From Pristiophorus japonicus (taxonomy: Eukaryota), in NCBI RefSeq assembly GCF_044704955.1, contig NC_091999.1, forward strand, positions 9,672,001-9,736,000: a stretch of 64,000 nucleotides of DNA. The letters are read 5' to 3'. Below, piece by piece: positions 63,135 through 64,000 of the stretch. Position 1 is the stretch's first letter. Each line of letters begins with the position of its first letter. The notes under the pieces were generated by a model that was not told the DNA's origin, searched no databases, and saw only the letters and a list, made by a program, of their open reading frames with translations. The position numbers were made by a program, and so were the translations under genes.

Positions 63135-63223
63135 CACCATGATACATCTCCACGTCGAAACTCTTTCCAACGCACTGGCACGATGTATCCATGCCATTGA
63201 TCCTAAAATGGGTCTATATTCAC

Positions 63224-63283
63224 TCGGCTCGGCAGGTCACTGAGTCCCACTGCCGAAGGTTGTTTTCTGAAGTCTACTTAAGT
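63224..63283 (-). pseudogene. TRDJ: TCR delta J pseudogene (LSRLQKTTFGSGTQ*PAEP)
   Basis: FGSG followed by in-frame TGA; GTGAAT donor; no CAC heptamer. Confidence 0.75.
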
Positions 63284-63519
63284 CAAGCGTTAATTGTAAA
63301 GTCAGAACGTCTTCACGATGATCACGCATTCTAAAATAATTTCGCCCCAACTCAAAATCAGAACCGCATTGATTGTGAGTTTAAGAATTGACAATTCTAA
63401 GCGAAGCAAAGGGTGGCGAAGAATTGGTTTTGGCCACTTCCCAACGGAATCCGCAAAGCCTTACCGAAATACCTCATTGGCAATTTCATTAGTAATAGAA
63501 GCAGCTGAAAGAGAACCTC

Positions 63520-63708
63520 AGTCGTTGATTATATTCAAGTTGGAGATTGATAGATTTTTGGATATTAAGGGCATCAAAGGATGTGGGGAAAGGGCAGGAA
63601 TGTGGAATTGAGGTAGAAGATCAGCCATGATCTTATTGAATGCTGGAGCAGGCTTGAGACGCCGTGTGACCTACACCTGCTCCTAGTTCTTTTGTTCTTA
63701 TGTTCTTA
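63520..63708 (+). mobile_element. CR1 3' end abutting a J pseudogene
   Basis: TTCAAGTTGGAGATTGATAGATTTTTG...AGATCAGCCATGATC...TGTTCTTATGTTCTTA tail. Confidence 0.8.
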
Positions 63709-63709
63709 G

Positions 63710-63764
63710 TGGGTTCTATCAGCAACGTGGTCCCATTTCCAAATAACCCCTTCACACTCTTACC
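63710..63764 (-). pseudogene. TRDJ: TCR delta J pseudogene (GKSVKGLFGNGTTLLIEP)
   Basis: FGNG motif; donor position reads CTAAGA where the CR1 tail joins; no recognisable RSS. Confidence 0.7.
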
Positions 63765-64000
63765 GATATTTGCTGATTGGTAACCTTTAAACTCCAGACT
63801 TGCCTGAACTGAATGATTAACGGTACATTATAGCTGACAACTTACAACGCTTGAAAACTGTACCTTTACTAGGTATGTGTTTGATAATGCAGTGAAACAT
63901 AAAATGTTCACAGTTCTTAGACGTATATTCGAACATGCAAGGGTGATGGGCTGGTAAAGGCAATTTTTGGGTCACTATCTGGAATGCACTGCATTTGTGG

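Noticed and set aside
55000-64000. D-delta segments
   Set aside because: No short segment flanked by both a 12- and a 23-RSS was found; they probably lie beyond the right edge.

Overview
This window is vertebrate DNA from a cartilaginous fish (shark/ray-type CR1 and L2 LINEs and Deu-domain SINEs). It covers the middle of the T-cell receptor alpha/delta (TRA/TRD) locus, transcribed on the minus strand. In transcriptional order (high to low coordinates) it contains: (1) at least 11 J-delta segments or pseudosegments (63.8-55.6 kb); (2) a complete C-delta gene with Ig-C exon 50464-50784, connecting-peptide exon 49499-49549, TM/cytoplasmic exon 48443-48553 and a probable untranslated exon starting at 43889; (3) about 33 kb of repeat-rich interval built partly from ancient tandem duplications, with no V segment visible; (4) the first 12 J-alpha segments (10.6-1.1 kb), 11 with a recognisable 12-spacer RSS. 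The ORF track misses most of these exons. Most long ORFs are decayed LINE endonuclease/RT or assembly gaps. I found no wholly new system. The most interesting items are the large, partly decaying J-delta array, two candidate MYB/RUNX/GATA enhancers, a minisatellite whose unit mimics a 12-RSS, a latent C-delta cytoplasmic extension, a J-alpha duplication unit carrying tRNA-Ile-like copies, and a triplicated non-TE element between C-delta and J-alpha. TE boundaries are approximate.
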